A stretch of DNA of 64,000 bases from Clostridia bacterium (lineage in GTDB: Bacteria > Bacillota > Clostridia > JAAYHZ01). Below are positions 21,513 to 32,201 of this stretch, piece after piece (the first letter of the stretch is position 1; each line of letters begins with the position of its first letter). Made by a program: the position numbers and the translations under genes. A model generated the notes under the pieces. It did not search any database and was not told the DNA's origin. It saw only the letters and a list, made by a program, of their open reading frames with translations. The stretch is from positions 243,263 to 307,262 of the forward strand of contig JBMNIH010000007.1 in assembly GCA_050950825.1 (NCBI GenBank), written 5' to 3'.

Positions 21513-23210
21513 CTAATACAAAGGCAGGTTGTTGGCCTTCAAATAGCTTTCTTTCGTTTGGATTAAGAAGTGGAAGCAGGGATCGGTTTTCCCGTGTATT
21601 TGGGAAAACAGCTGCTGGGAATATCTTAAGTCTTTCAAAGTTAAGTTCACGTAATCGTCTCGCCCGTACGAGCCGTCCTTCATGTAGGCGTACCATAAAT
21701 CCTTGCTGGGTCTCGGCCAATCCTTGTAGGTATCTCGGACCGCCAATTTGATTTTATCTGCAATCAATAAGTATACGGGTTCTTGGGTATCGATATATAG
21801 CTCGTATAAAAAGTTCATTTCGGTAACCAGATGATTTAACGATACGTGGGTGGGGATTAAGGAAAAGTTTTTATCCGTATAATCCCAAACCAAATATCCT
21901 CCGTTTTCCGTTTCGAATCGGTGGGTCATGGCAAAGTCGACCAAAAAATCCCCGTAAGCGCGGACGGCGTTCAGCATAGCCGGATCCTTCCACTTGCGAT
22001 AACCGCGGATTAAAAACAGTCCGGCATCGGTGTTAAATCTTGTGTCGTAGAAGGACTCGTAAATGCCGTAGTCCTCCCTTAACCAATCGGATTCAGGCTC
22101 CGTAGGCCATATCCCTTCCGGCGTTTGGTCCGATATGGCGGTGTACAAGGCCACGATGGACATGGCATCGAAATATCGTCCTTCCGTTCTTAAAAACTTT
22201 TCGCCTACATGGTGTGCGGCATTTTTGTAGAAGCAGTCGTTCCCGGAGGGCTTATAGGAAAGCGGAGTGATATAGTATTGGCCGTTCATGGACCATTTGC
22301 GGAAACGGGAAAAGTCCGCAAGCTTAACCGTCGCTTCCGTATCGGGGTTTGAAAAATCCACAAGCAGATCTTTTGAAAATACCCCCCATTGCTCCGTCAT
22401 CCGTTTATTGGAAATGGGAAGCTTGGCGGTTATTTTTCCTTTGCCGATTTGTATTGCGGAGCTTTCGCCTGTTAAATCCCTTAATACTCCGTGGTCCATT
22501 TTTTCGTAAACATTTATGCAGCTTGCCACCATGGAAAACGAAGGAGATTCCATGTATACGGTATAGGGGAGGGATAAAGGCTTTTGCTTGGAATCAAAAG
22601 GGCCCTCCAACACGGAGGTGGTATTGTCCCGTCCCTTCGGGTAGCTGTAATAGCGGTATTGAAATGAAGGATCCGTGTCAAGATAAAGCTCTACCGTTAA
22701 AGGGTTCGGTACGGATTTGAAGCTGTCCATCCGCATACAGTAGTAAAGATCCCCCGAATAGATCTCGTAAAGGTCCAGAATGAAGATTCCCGCTTCCTCT
22801 TCCTTATAGCATACGGTATATTCATACCTTTTATTGTAGGCGGCGGTGTATTGGTTGTGGGTCTCGCTTATCAAAGAAAGGGTCAGGTCTTTTCCGTAAG
22901 CTTTAAAAAGATTTTCCACCCGTCCTTCAATCGTTGTTGTTTCCGATAAAGAAGATTCGACGGTTGTCGTAACCGTGGTTGTCGTTGTTGCCGTAGTCGG
23001 AGCCGGTGTCGTCTCTTTCGTTACGGTAACGATTGGGCTTGTTGTTGCCGAAGTCGTTTCTTTCGTTGTTATTTCTTCAGGTTCTTCTTTTTGAAGCTCC
23101 GCTCTTTTGTATATGACATTAACTTGAATCAGGAATAATGCAATGATTAAAAATATGGCGGCGCAGGCTGTAAAAACGAAGATCTTGTCGTTATCGTTCA
23201 ACTGTCTCAT
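21513..23210 (-). CDS. Membrane-anchored hypothetical protein with Thr-rich linker and helical C-terminal domain
   Basis: N-terminal TM helix, TTPAPTTATTTTTVTTT linker, aromatic-rich C-terminus; GGGAGG RBS. Confidence 0.8.
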   Translation of the reverse strand: MRQLNDNDKIFVFTACAAIFLIIALFLIQVNVIYKRAELQKEEPEEITTKETTSATTSPIVTVTKETTPAPTTATTTTTVTTTVESSLSETTTIEGRVENLFKAYGKDLTLSLISETHNQYTAAYNKRYEYTVCYKEEEAGIFILDLYEIYSGDLYYCMRMDSFKSVPNPLTVELYLDTDPSFQYRYYSYPKGRDNTTSVLEGPFDSKQKPLSLPYTVYMESPSFSMVASCINVYEKMDHGVLRDLTGESSAIQIGKGKITAKLPISNKRMTEQWGVFSKDLLVDFSNPDTEATVKLADFSRFRKWSMNGQYYITPLSYKPSGNDCFYKNAAHHVGEKFLRTEGRYFDAMSIVALYTAISDQTPEGIWPTEPESDWLREDYGIYESFYDTRFNTDAGLFLIRGYRKWKDPAMLNAVRAYGDFLVDFAMTHRFETENGGYLVWDYTDKNFSLIPTHVSLNHLVTEMNFLYELYIDTQEPVYLLIADKIKLAVRDTYKDWPRPSKDLWYAYMKDGSYGRDDYVNLTLKDLRYSQQLFSQIHGKTDPCFHFLIQTKESYLKANNLPLY

Positions 23211-23387
23211 GGATACCCTCCCTTGCATATACTGATTATAGCACGGGCATTGGAAACTGAAAACAGGCTTTCTATAGTGGATTGAGTTAAAAAGCGTATG
23301 ATAGTCCTCGGGTCATTCGTGATATAATATAGGCAAGGTAAGGTGAAAGTGCGAAAAAATGCAATAACGGGATGAAAGGAGATTCGT

Positions 23388-24962
23388 ATGATTATCCTGA
23401 CACCGGAACAAATGAACCGGTTGGACGAATACGTCATCAACAAGCTGAACATACCGGGGACGGTTTTGATGGAACACGCGGCTTTGGCGGTAGCGGAAAA
23501 AGTCGAGAAAATGGTAGAAGGAATACCCGAACCCAAAGCGGTGCTGTTTGTAGGTACCGGAAACAACGGGGGAGACGGCTTTGCAGCGGCTCGAATACTG
23601 GAAAGCAAGGGTATAAAAACGGTGACCTGCTTGTTTGGAGATCCCGAAAAAATCAAAGGCGATGCTCGTGTCAATTATGACATCCACAAGGCCATGGGAT
23701 TAACCTTGTTGGAATACGGAAAGGATCGGCACGAGGAATTCGTCCGAAACGTCCAAGAGGCGGATTTGGCCGTGGATGCTTTAATGGGAACGGGTTTTTC
23801 CGGAACTCCGCGTTATCCTATTGACGAAGCCATTCATATCTTGAACGGATATGCAAAAAAGGTATTGAGCGTGGATATCCCCTCCGGAGTCAACGGAACG
23901 GACGGCAGCGTAAGCACCTGCTGCGTTCAAGCGGACGAAACCGTTACCTTTTGCTGCCTGAAGCCCGGGCTGTGTCTTTATCCCGGAAGAGGCATGGCCG
24001 GCAACGTGACCGTCGTACCCATACAAATACCCAAGCAAGCCGTGGAACGGATGAACAGCACCATGCATTTTGTGGATGCGGACTTGGCAAGAGAATGGCT
24101 GCCTTTAAGGAAGGTGGACGGGAATAAAGGTGATTACGGAAGATTGACCATCATCACCGGAACCGGAGGAATGACGGGAGCATCGGTTTTAGCGGCAAAG
24201 GCTGCCTATAGGACCGGCTCGGGACTGGTGTATTTGTTAACCGATAAAAAAACATTGCCTGTCTTTGAAACGACGGCTATTGAAGCGGTTAAAATACCTA
24301 TCGAATCGGATTCTTTGGAAGAGGAATTTGAAAGATTAAAAAGCTTTTTGGATAAACAGGACTGCCTTGTCATCGGTCCCGGCATGGGAAACAACGAAAG
24401 GACTTTTCGAATCGTTCGGTACTTTTTAAATACCGATAAAAATATCGTGTTGGATGCGGACGGATTGAACGTATTGGAAGGAAAGACGGAGCTTTTGAAA
24501 ACATCCAAAGCCAATATTGTGATTACTCCTCATCCCGGAGAGATGAGCCGGCTGTGCGGCAAGAGCATCGGCGAAATTCAGATGAACCGCCTGAAGGCTG
24601 CCGGCGATTTTGCAGCCCAAACGGGTGTGACGGTGGTTTTAAAGGGTGCAGGCACCGTCATTTCTTCCCCGGAAGGAATCCATATGATCAATTCCACCGG
24701 AAGTGCGGGGCTTTCCGTTGCGGGAAGCGGAGACGTGTTGTCCGGTATGATCGGATCCTTGATGGGGCAAGGACTGCCCACGTTGAAGGCCTGTGCCTTG
24801 GGGGTTTACCTCCACGGCTTGGCCGGAGAATATGCGGCGGATCAATTTACTGAATACGGAGTAACGGCTTCGGATATAATAGAATTGATACCTTCTGCAT
24901 ACAAAGGAGCCGGCAAAAATTACAATCGTCCGGCAGGGGTTTTTGATTTGACTTGTACTTGA
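23388..24962 (+). CDS. nnr: Bifunctional NAD(P)HX epimerase/dehydratase
   Basis: GTGNNGGDG, VDALMGTG, VDIPSG; NKGDYG, GPGMG, LDADG, TPHPGEM, AGSGDVLSG. Confidence 0.95.
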   Translation: MIILTPEQMNRLDEYVINKLNIPGTVLMEHAALAVAEKVEKMVEGIPEPKAVLFVGTGNNGGDGFAAARILESKGIKTVTCLFGDPEKIKGDARVNYDIHKAMGLTLLEYGKDRHEEFVRNVQEADLAVDALMGTGFSGTPRYPIDEAIHILNGYAKKVLSVDIPSGVNGTDGSVSTCCVQADETVTFCCLKPGLCLYPGRGMAGNVTVVPIQIPKQAVERMNSTMHFVDADLAREWLPLRKVDGNKGDYGRLTIITGTGGMTGASVLAAKAAYRTGSGLVYLLTDKKTLPVFETTAIEAVKIPIESDSLEEEFERLKSFLDKQDCLVIGPGMGNNERTFRIVRYFLNTDKNIVLDADGLNVLEGKTELLKTSKANIVITPHPGEMSRLCGKSIGEIQMNRLKAAGDFAAQTGVTVVLKGAGTVISSPEGIHMINSTGSAGLSVAGSGDVLSGMIGSLMGQGLPTLKACALGVYLHGLAGEYAADQFTEYGVTASDIIELIPSAYKGAGKNYNRPAGVFDLTCT

Positions 24963-24976
24963 TATGCCATTATAAT
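24948..24976 (+). promoter_or_regulatory. Sigma-A promoter upstream of the TA operon
   Basis: TTGACT-N17-TATAAT. Confidence 0.6.
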
Positions 24977-25121
24977 GGAGTTCGCAAGACATTTAAATCT
25001 TGCATTTGTGGAATAAAATATATTATCAAACGTTATTATTAAAAACAGAGAGAAATTATATATAAAAATCGTTTGATTTGAGTTTACGTTATCTTTATTC
25101 ACGATAGAAAGAGGGATCAAA

Positions 25122-25406
25122 ATGTCACGTACAAAGAGAATAAATATATCCATACCTGAAGATATGCTGAAGGAAATCGATGAAGCGGTTAAAAACGCGA
25201 AGACCGGGAGAAGTCGATTCTTCCGACAAGCGGTCAGGTACTATTTAACCAAAGGTACCATTCAGGATTTAAGGGGGCAGATGGCGAAAGGTTATGCCGA
25301 AATGGGAGACATTAATTTGGAAATTGCGGAAAGCTGGCTCCAAGCGGACAATAACCAAGTAGAAAGGTCAGAAATGCTATTAAGGGAGATGGAGATGGAG
25401 TGGTAA
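25122..25406 (+). CDS. ndoAI: CopG/RHH antitoxin (NdoAI/MazE-like)
   Basis: [35 protein letters not shown]; overlaps toxin gene. Confidence 0.9.
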   Translation: MSRTKRINISIPEDMLKEIDEAVKNAKTGRSRFFRQAVRYYLTKGTIQDLRGQMAKGYAEMGDINLEIAESWLQADNNQVERSEMLLREMEMEW

Positions 25407-25750
25407 TTAAACGTGGCGATGTTTATTACGCTGACCTCAGTCCTGTCATCGGATCGGAGCAAGGTGGAGTCCGACCGGTTTTGGTCATACAAAACGATAT
25501 CGGCAACAAATACAGTCCTACCGTAATTGTTGCTGCCATTACGTCGAAGATTAACAAGGCGAAAATGCCTACCCATTTTGAATTGTCCGTAAAAGATATC
25601 GGACTAAGCAAGGATTCGGTGGTCCTGCTTGAACAAGTCAGGACCATCGATAAAAGAAGACTTCGAGAAAAAATCGGTCAAATCAGCCCGGCGAACATGT
25701 ATAAAATCAACCGGGCGCTGATGATCAGTTTAGGGCTTGTGGATATATAG
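25400..25750 (+). CDS. ndoA: MazF/PemK family endoribonuclease toxin
   Basis: [45 protein letters not shown]. Confidence 0.96.
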   Translation: MVIKRGDVYYADLSPVIGSEQGGVRPVLVIQNDIGNKYSPTVIVAAITSKINKAKMPTHFELSVKDIGLSKDSVVLLEQVRTIDKRRLREKIGQISPANMYKINRALMISLGLVDI

Positions 25751-25895
25751 TTACATACCAAAGAGTTATTCACAAGCGGAGTTTGGGAAAACCCTAATTC
25801 AGGGAGAAAAAAAGATAGATTTTTCACGCTTTTCACGTTATAATTTCATTTAATGGGTATTCATAATACCGGGGAAAATTTTAAAGGGGGTCATT

Positions 25896-26528
25896 ATGTA
25901 TTCGAAGAAAGAGAAAAGAATGAAAGCGATCATCGCTTTGGCTGCAGTCATGTGCTCTTTTATCGTATACGGCTCGCTGGTAAGCGCTACGTCTCCGAAT
26001 AATGTGATTGTGGCCAGCGTGAATTACGTAGACGAGAAGTTCAACCAGATTATGCAGAAGGTGAACCAATTGGAGGCAAGAATCGGGACGGGCGGCACAC
26101 CCTCCGTGCCTACGTATCCGGGAACACAGCCGGGGCAGCAGGTCAGCAGCGAAGCTTTGCAGAAGCTGGAAGAGAAAATCGACAAGCTGGAGGGAAGGAT
26201 TAAAAACGCGGATTTTGTAGCACGCGCGGCGTCCGAAAGCAGCAAGTACAGCGTCGTTGTACTTGAAAAAGGCCAAACCCTTATTGCCGGCGATGTGATT
26301 GAGTTTATCGTACGAAGCGGCGTTTGTACCGCCATTGAAGGGGCTAACGGCGACGGAATTGCCGATATGACCTCGGGAGACGGCAAAGACTTTTATACCG
26401 GAGATCAACTGCCTAAGAACCACTATATGCTGATATCTCGCCCGGACGGAAGGGGTATCAAAGCGGTCAGCGACACCGTGTATCTCATGGTAAAAGGAAT
26501 GTATTCAATCTATTTGGCGGATAATTAA
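25896..26528 (+). CDS. Secreted hypothetical protein
   Basis: Signal-peptide-like N-terminus, short coiled coils, beta-rich C-terminus PKNHYMLISRPDGRG. Confidence 0.75.
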   Translation: MYSKKEKRMKAIIALAAVMCSFIVYGSLVSATSPNNVIVASVNYVDEKFNQIMQKVNQLEARIGTGGTPSVPTYPGTQPGQQVSSEALQKLEEKIDKLEGRIKNADFVARAASESSKYSVVVLEKGQTLIAGDVIEFIVRSGVCTAIEGANGDGIADMTSGDGKDFYTGDQLPKNHYMLISRPDGRGIKAVSDTVYLMVKGMYSIYLADN

Positions 26529-26559
26529 GGTTGATAACAACAAAAAATGTGAAATAAGA

Positions 26560-26597
26560 AAAGAGCTTGGTTCGGCGAAGATATAACCAAGCTCTTT
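26560..26597. terminator. Bidirectional terminator
   Basis: AAAGAGCTTGGTT / AACCAAGCTCTTT 13-bp stem between convergent genes. Confidence 0.65.
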
Positions 26598-26634
26598 ATA
26601 TATCAAATCAATTGTATGTGGTGCTCGTACCTTT

Positions 26635-27111
26635 TTAGTCCAATTTCGTACCGCAGCTGATACAGAATGCGGAATCCGAAGGCGATTTGGCTTTGCAAGA
26701 AGGACATACTTTCGTATCATCGGAGTTTCCCTCTTCCGCCTTCGCTTCGGCTACCTCAAACTTGTTCCCGCATTTGGGGCAGAAAAGAACATCCTTTGCC
26801 ACTTCGTTCCCGCAGTTCGGACATTTTTTAAGATTTTTGTGATTAAGTATCTGCTCTTGGAACGATACGATCGCTTTTTCCGCTAAATCAATGGTTTGGC
26901 ATTCGTCGGCAAAACTGTCGTGTATAAGCTCACCCTGCTTGTAAAATTCGTAAACTTTTTTGCCGATATCGGTGTATGCTTGTGCGATTTTTTTATTCTC
27001 GTCCGCAATGGACTTGTTTAATTTCGCAATAGCCGCTAATTCGTCGGTTTTTTCTTTTACACCTTTCGCCGCGTCCCCTACTTTTTTACCGAGGTTTTGA
27101 AAAAATGACAT
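26635..27111 (-). CDS. Double zinc-ribbon domain protein
   Basis: CPNCG..FCPKCG and CPSC..FCISCG; helical N-terminus. Confidence 0.85.
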   Translation of the reverse strand: MSFFQNLGKKVGDAAKGVKEKTDELAAIAKLNKSIADENKKIAQAYTDIGKKVYEFYKQGELIHDSFADECQTIDLAEKAIVSFQEQILNHKNLKKCPNCGNEVAKDVLFCPKCGNKFEVAEAKAEEGNSDDTKVCPSCKAKSPSDSAFCISCGTKLD

Positions 27112-27135
27112 GTTATTGTTCCCTCCTTCTATTTT

Positions 27136-27510
27136 TTAGCCTTTAAGCTTGATGTCGCCGATCTTTTTAAAAACGATATAGCTCAGTCCTAAGAACAAAA
27201 GCATTGCCGCCAATTTGAACCAAGTGAATCCAAATAGCATGGAAATCAGCCTTGTAAGGGCATATCCCAATAGACCTAACAGCAGGTAATTGTTTTGGTA
27301 TTCGATGAATAAAAGTATCAAAGAAAACATGAATATATAGACAAACAACATATTCAAAAAACCGCCGAAGGGAACCGTAAATGCGGAAAGTAAAACGAAA
27401 ATTAGGCTTACACCGCATATATATACACCGTAATCGCTGATTTTTTCGATGAGCGGTATACTTTTTAAGGCTTCCCCCAGATTCTTGCTTATGTTTTTAT
27501 AATAATCCAT
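27136..27510 (-). CDS. Hypothetical membrane protein
   Basis: About four hydrophobic segments; AGGAGG RBS. Confidence 0.75.
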   Translation of the reverse strand: MDYYKNISKNLGEALKSIPLIEKISDYGVYICGVSLIFVLLSAFTVPFGGFLNMLFVYIFMFSLILLFIEYQNNYLLLGLLGYALTRLISMLFGFTWFKLAAMLLFLGLSYIVFKKIGDIKLKG

Positions 27511-27674
27511 ATTGCGAAAACCTCCTGATTTGGTCTACCTCCCGACTATATATTTTCATTATAAGTTAAAGCCTTTTTTATTTCAATACATGCATCTTGT
27601 TTTTTTTAATTAATTACCAATACAAGTATATATATGCTATAATATGCTTACCTATGAACAAAGGGGGTATCCAT

Positions 27675-28298
27675 GTGGTTGAGGTATACAAACATGTTCC
27701 GAAAGAACTGGCGCAAGATATCGTTCACTGCGGATTAAAACTGTCTCAATACGGAACCGTTACCGTCGAAGGAAAGGGCGGTGTCAGCCGTTACATTCCT
27801 TGCTATTTTAATCCGAAGGATGAAAAGGAGCTGTACGGTAAGGAAGACTATGCTTGTATACGAATCACCATTCCGAATAACTACTGCAAAGTAGGAAATG
27901 AATTTTTAAGAAACGATACCAACGAGCTGATAAACGATTTGTTCGAGCAATCCCTCATGCCGGTGGATCAATACCTATTCGGCATGTACCGAAAGCCCGT
28001 ATGTCTCATTACGAGGACCGTTCAAGCGGGAGAAATCGCTTTGGCCGGAAAGCATTTGGATTACCCCGTGATTGTAGACGATGCGGAGCGGCTGTATTTG
28101 CAGAATATTTTGACATGCAGGACCGAAGAAAACGAGAAATGGCTGGACGCGGTTCTCTATGCCTACTACTGCGATTTGGCCGATAAAGGCTATGTGGTAA
28201 AAATCGAATCGCCGGAAACGGGTATCAGCGTGTTTATAAACAAAGATCGACAAATCGTGACTTTAAAGATACCTTCGATGGAGGAAGTACCATTTTGA
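27675..28298 (+). CDS. Hypothetical protein
   Basis: Open frame with GGGGG RBS before GTG; overlaps birA start. Confidence 0.7.
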   Translation: MVEVYKHVPKELAQDIVHCGLKLSQYGTVTVEGKGGVSRYIPCYFNPKDEKELYGKEDYACIRITIPNNYCKVGNEFLRNDTNELINDLFEQSLMPVDQYLFGMYRKPVCLITRTVQAGEIALAGKHLDYPVIVDDAERLYLQNILTCRTEENEKWLDAVLYAYYCDLADKGYVVKIESPETGISVFINKDRQIVTLKIPSMEEVPF

Positions 28299-29290
28299 CG
28301 AAACAAGATTCTCAATCGGAACATATTCGTTTACGAATACTGACACTTTTGGAGAGCCGACCGGGAGATTATTTTTCCGGAGAAGAAATCGGAAAAGCCT
28401 TGGGAGTATCCCGGAGCGCGGTATGGAAGCAGATTAACCGGTTAAGAAGATCCGGATACCGTATTCACTCGGCTCCGAACAAAGGATACTGCATTGAAAA
28501 GCAGGAAAATGTCTACAATGACTTGGAAATCACCAAAAGGTTAAAAACGAAAGCTTGTGTCATTTTCTTGGAAAAGACGGACTCTACCAATAACACGGTT
28601 AAAGCATTGGCCCAAGAGGGATGCGAACAAGGAACCGTTGCGGTAGCCTTGGAACAAACCGCAGGGAAGGGCCGTTTAGGACGTTATTGGAAATCGTCCA
28701 AAGGAAAAGGCATATGGCTGTCCTACTGCTTAAGACCGTCCTTTTCCGTTGCGGAATTAGGCTTGGTTACCTTAGCCGGAGCCTGTGCCGTTTGCCGGCT
28801 TTTAAAAGAAGAAGGATTCGATGCCGGAATCAAATGGCCCAACGACATTTTAATCGGCGGGAAAAAAGTATGCGGCATCTTAACGGAGACGGGCTTTGAA
28901 GAAACGCGGGTGGAATACGTGGTGGTGGGTATCGGCTTGAACGTATTCCAAGACACGGAGGACTTCGGTCCGGAGCTGAAGGATTTTGCCACTTCGTTAA
29001 GGCTGGAGAAGGATAAGGATTACGACATGGCATCCTTGGCTTCCGCTCTTATCGATTACTTGTATGAGTATTTCTCCTTATTGGAAAAAGGAGAAGGAGA
29101 AAAAATCATCGAATGCTGGAAATCGTATTCCAAAACATTGGGAAAAACCATTTATACCACCGTAGGCAGCAGGAAAGAATGGGTAACGGCACTTGATATT
29201 CGAAGAGACGGCGCTCTCATTGTAAAAAGAGAGGACGGAACCGTAACGCCGATTATTTCCGGAGAAATATGGCTCGGACAAGATGGCTAA
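28295..29290 (+). CDS. birA: Bifunctional biotin ligase/repressor
   Basis: HTH SGEEIGKALGVSRSAVWK, DSTN, QTAGKGRLGR, KWPND, KKVCGIL. Confidence 0.96.
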   Translation: MTKQDSQSEHIRLRILTLLESRPGDYFSGEEIGKALGVSRSAVWKQINRLRRSGYRIHSAPNKGYCIEKQENVYNDLEITKRLKTKACVIFLEKTDSTNNTVKALAQEGCEQGTVAVALEQTAGKGRLGRYWKSSKGKGIWLSYCLRPSFSVAELGLVTLAGACAVCRLLKEEGFDAGIKWPNDILIGGKKVCGILTETGFEETRVEYVVVGIGLNVFQDTEDFGPELKDFATSLRLEKDKDYDMASLASALIDYLYEYFSLLEKGEGEKIIECWKSYSKTLGKTIYTTVGSRKEWVTALDIRRDGALIVKREDGTVTPIISGEIWLGQDG

Positions 29291-29378
29291 TGCTTTTTAC
29301 GGTCGTCTCCAAAAGCCGTTTTTGCATTTATTTACGATGTTGTGTTATAATACTTTTAATATGGATAAGGAGGATTCT

Positions 29379-29750
29379 ATGCAGAATTCGGATACAACAA
29401 ACACAAATGAAAATAGCCGGGCGGCTCAAGATAACGGTGCCGATGCCAAGGCACGAAACGCAAAGCCCGGCAACCGACCCTATGATCAAGGGAACAACCA
29501 AAAAAACAAAGGAAATCGGGATAAGAAGATGAATCGGAATCGCCCGGAAAACAAGGAGCAGGCGGCCGCTCCGAATCCCGGTCACAACCAAAAGCATTTT
29601 AACAAAGGAAGACCACGAAGCGGTAAGGGACCGAAATACAACCGCCAGGTGATGCCCGGTGAAACCATCGAAGATATTGCCGGCGATATTACCAGAATAG
29701 AAAAAGAATTGGAACTGGTAATAGAAGAAATTTCCCATATTACGCTATAG
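29379..29750 (+). CDS. Hypothetical protein, Asn/Lys/Arg-rich N-terminus and helical C-terminus
   Basis: AAGGAGG RBS before ATG 29379; C-terminus ETIEDIAGDITRIEKELEL. Confidence 0.7.
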   Translation: MQNSDTTNTNENSRAAQDNGADAKARNAKPGNRPYDQGNNQKNKGNRDKKMNRNRPENKEQAAAPNPGHNQKHFNKGRPRSGKGPKYNRQVMPGETIEDIAGDITRIEKELELVIEEISHITL

Positions 29751-29760
29751 CGATCGTATA

Positions 29761-31194
29761 ATGGATAGCGATTCTATCATAAATCGACTGCATATACTGA
29801 ATGCCGTTTTAGAATATGACCGAGGTCGGCCGGTACGATATCATATGCCCGGTCATAAAGGAGGAGCAGGCATTCCCGAAAATCTTTGGAATACTCTTAT
29901 TCGAGCCGATGTAACGGAAATTCCGGGGATGGACAATTTATACCGGCCTCAAGACTTCATCGCCCGTGCTTTGGAAAGATGCAGCGAAATTTTCGGGACG
30001 GTTCAAACCTTCTTTTCGGTTAACGGCTCGACGGCGGGGATTCATGCCGCCATGGAAGCGATTGCAGGTGACCGAAAAGAAATCATCATGTCAAGGGATT
30101 GCCATAAAGCCGTTTATAATCAAGTGATTTTAGGAGGTTATACTCCTTACTATGTTCCCGTGGGGTTCGATCCGAAGACTTTGACTCCTTCCTTGGCGAC
30201 ACCAAGCGATATCGCCGATGCGATGGATAAAACCGGCTGCAAAACCGTGATTATCACCGGTGTGAACTACTACGGCATGGTGGCGGATATCCAAGGGATC
30301 GCCCGTGAGGTTCATAAAAGGTCCGGCATCTTGATTGTGGATGAAGCCCACGGTGCTCACTTTAAATTCTCGAAATCCCTGCCGGATTCGGCCATTGACT
30401 GCGGTGCGGATATTGTGATCCAAAGCGCCCACAAAACCCTGCCGGTGATCAACCAAGGGGCGTATATACATGTAGCAAGTCATAGGGCGGATCCTGAAAA
30501 AATCAATACGGCGCTGTCCATGATTCAAACATCCAGCCCGTCCTATATCATTATGGGATTGCTGGAATATGCCGCTCTTTATTTGCACACGTACGGAGAT
30601 GTGTTATATAATAAATTATGTAAGGATATCGATGCTTTGGCGGCGTCGGTAAGCGGTGAAAACGATATACATATCAAGTCGGATATATGCATCCATGCCG
30701 TTGATAAGGACAAAACCCGAATCCTTTTGGATGCCTACCGGGCAGGCTTTACCGGTTACCGGCTGGAAAACCGGCTACGGCAAGAACACAATATCGCCGT
30801 TGAGGCGGTGGATTTATACAACTGCACATTGATTGCAGCGGCTTGCGATCCTGCTTGGTATTTCGACCGTTTATACGAGGCATTGAAAAACGGGGCCATC
30901 GCCGATACAAAGTCGGAGCCGAAAGCGTACGGGATCCTATCGATTCCGGATACGGTTTTGTTACCTTGCGAAGCGGTCAGAAAAGAATCGAAAAATAAAA
31001 AACCGGATGAAGCAATCGGTTCGGTTGCCCGTAGGGCCTTGATTCCTTATCCGCCGGGAATCCCTCTGATTGTGCCGGGGGAAAGAATAACGAAGGAAGC
31101 GGTGGAATATATAAAAGCCGTTATAAATGAGGGCGGTTTCATAGAAGGAATCGAAGAGGAAGACGGGAATATATATATAAATGTGGTGAAGTAG
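29761..31194 (+). CDS. Arg/Lys/Orn decarboxylase (YaaO-like, PLP)
   Basis: HMPGHKGG, VNGST, VDEAHGAH, QSAHKTLP, TSSPSY, PYPPGIP; upstream of tmk. Confidence 0.93.
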   Translation: MDSDSIINRLHILNAVLEYDRGRPVRYHMPGHKGGAGIPENLWNTLIRADVTEIPGMDNLYRPQDFIARALERCSEIFGTVQTFFSVNGSTAGIHAAMEAIAGDRKEIIMSRDCHKAVYNQVILGGYTPYYVPVGFDPKTLTPSLATPSDIADAMDKTGCKTVIITGVNYYGMVADIQGIAREVHKRSGILIVDEAHGAHFKFSKSLPDSAIDCGADIVIQSAHKTLPVINQGAYIHVASHRADPEKINTALSMIQTSSPSYIIMGLLEYAALYLHTYGDVLYNKLCKDIDALAASVSGENDIHIKSDICIHAVDKDKTRILLDAYRAGFTGYRLENRLRQEHNIAVEAVDLYNCTLIAAACDPAWYFDRLYEALKNGAIADTKSEPKAYGILSIPDTVLLPCEAVRKESKNKKPDEAIGSVARRALIPYPPGIPLIVPGERITKEAVEYIKAVINEGGFIEGIEEEDGNIYINVVK

Positions 31195-31848
31195 ATGACA
31201 GCAAAAGGTTTGTTCATAGTGATAGAGGGCATTGACGGATCGGGGAAAACCACCCAGATTGAAAATTTAAAAGCGTATTTTCAAAAAAAGGGGGCAGAAG
31301 CGATTGTAACCCGAGAACCGGGCGGGACGAAAATTGGGGAGAAAATAAGGGAGATCCTGTTGAATCCCGATAACAAAGAGATGGACCCGATTGCGGAAAT
31401 GCTCCTGTATGCCGCCTCTCGAGCACAGCATGTGAAAGAATTGATCGAAAAGAATTTAAAAGAAGGGAAGCACGTGATCTGCGACCGCTTTGTTTTGTCC
31501 AGTTACGTGTACCAAGGATTTGCTCGGGGAATCGATTTGGAGGCGGTAAAAAAGGTCAACGAAATTGCCATGCAAGGAGTTGTACCCGACATCATCTTTT
31601 TTATCAATATCTCGGACGAAGAGTCCTTTAAAAGAAGAATGGGCAGAAGCTATTGCGACCGCATTGAGAATGAAGAAAAAGAGTTTCATATCAACGTTTG
31701 CAAAGGATATCGAAAGCTTGCAAAGGATATGGAAAATGCGGTGTGGATCGACGGTATGAAAAGCGTTGATGAAGTGGCAAAAGATATGATCGCGTATATC
31801 GAAAAAAAGCTTTATGATATAGCGATTGTCGGTACACAAAATAAATAG
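31195..31848 (+). CDS. tmk: Thymidylate kinase
   Basis: EGIDGSGKTT, TREPGG, CDRF, YQG. Confidence 0.96.
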   Translation: MTAKGLFIVIEGIDGSGKTTQIENLKAYFQKKGAEAIVTREPGGTKIGEKIREILLNPDNKEMDPIAEMLLYAASRAQHVKELIEKNLKEGKHVICDRFVLSSYVYQGFARGIDLEAVKKVNEIAMQGVVPDIIFFINISDEESFKRRMGRSYCDRIENEEKEFHINVCKGYRKLAKDMENAVWIDGMKSVDEVAKDMIAYIEKKLYDIAIVGTQNK

Positions 31849-31868
31849 AATAAGGAGGATATCGGCCT

Positions 31869-32201
31869 ATGAAACTAGTATACGCAATTGTTCATGACGA
31901 AGATCAAAACAATGTGATTACGTCCTTAAACGAAAATGGATTTTCCGTAACAAAACTGTTTTCCACCGGGGGCTTTTTAAGAGCAGGGAACACCACCATC
32001 ATCGTGGGTGTTGCAGACGAAAAAGTAGACGAAGTTATTGAAATCATCAAGCAAAATTCAAAAAGCCGTAAAAAGGTCATGGATACCGCCATGTCACCGG
32101 GAAGCGGTTTGAACGGCGTAATGTTATCTTTCCCCTTGGAAGTGACCGTAGGCGGAGCGACCATATTCGTTTTGGATGTGGAAAGGTACGAAAAAATATA
32201 A
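31869..32201 (+). CDS. darA: Cyclic-di-AMP receptor (PII-like DarA/PstA/YaaQ)
   Basis: TKLFSTGGFLRAGNTT, VGGATIFV; tmk-yaaQ-holB synteny. Confidence 0.92.
   Translation: MKLVYAIVHDEDQNNVITSLNENGFSVTKLFSTGGFLRAGNTTIIVGVADEKVDEVIEIIKQNSKSRKKVMDTAMSPGSGLNGVMLSFPLEVTVGGATIFVLDVERYEKI

Noticed and set aside
25122-25750. Toxin-antitoxin pair as a novel system
   Set aside because: Standard NdoAI/NdoA (MazEF) module in its usual neighbourhood near nnr
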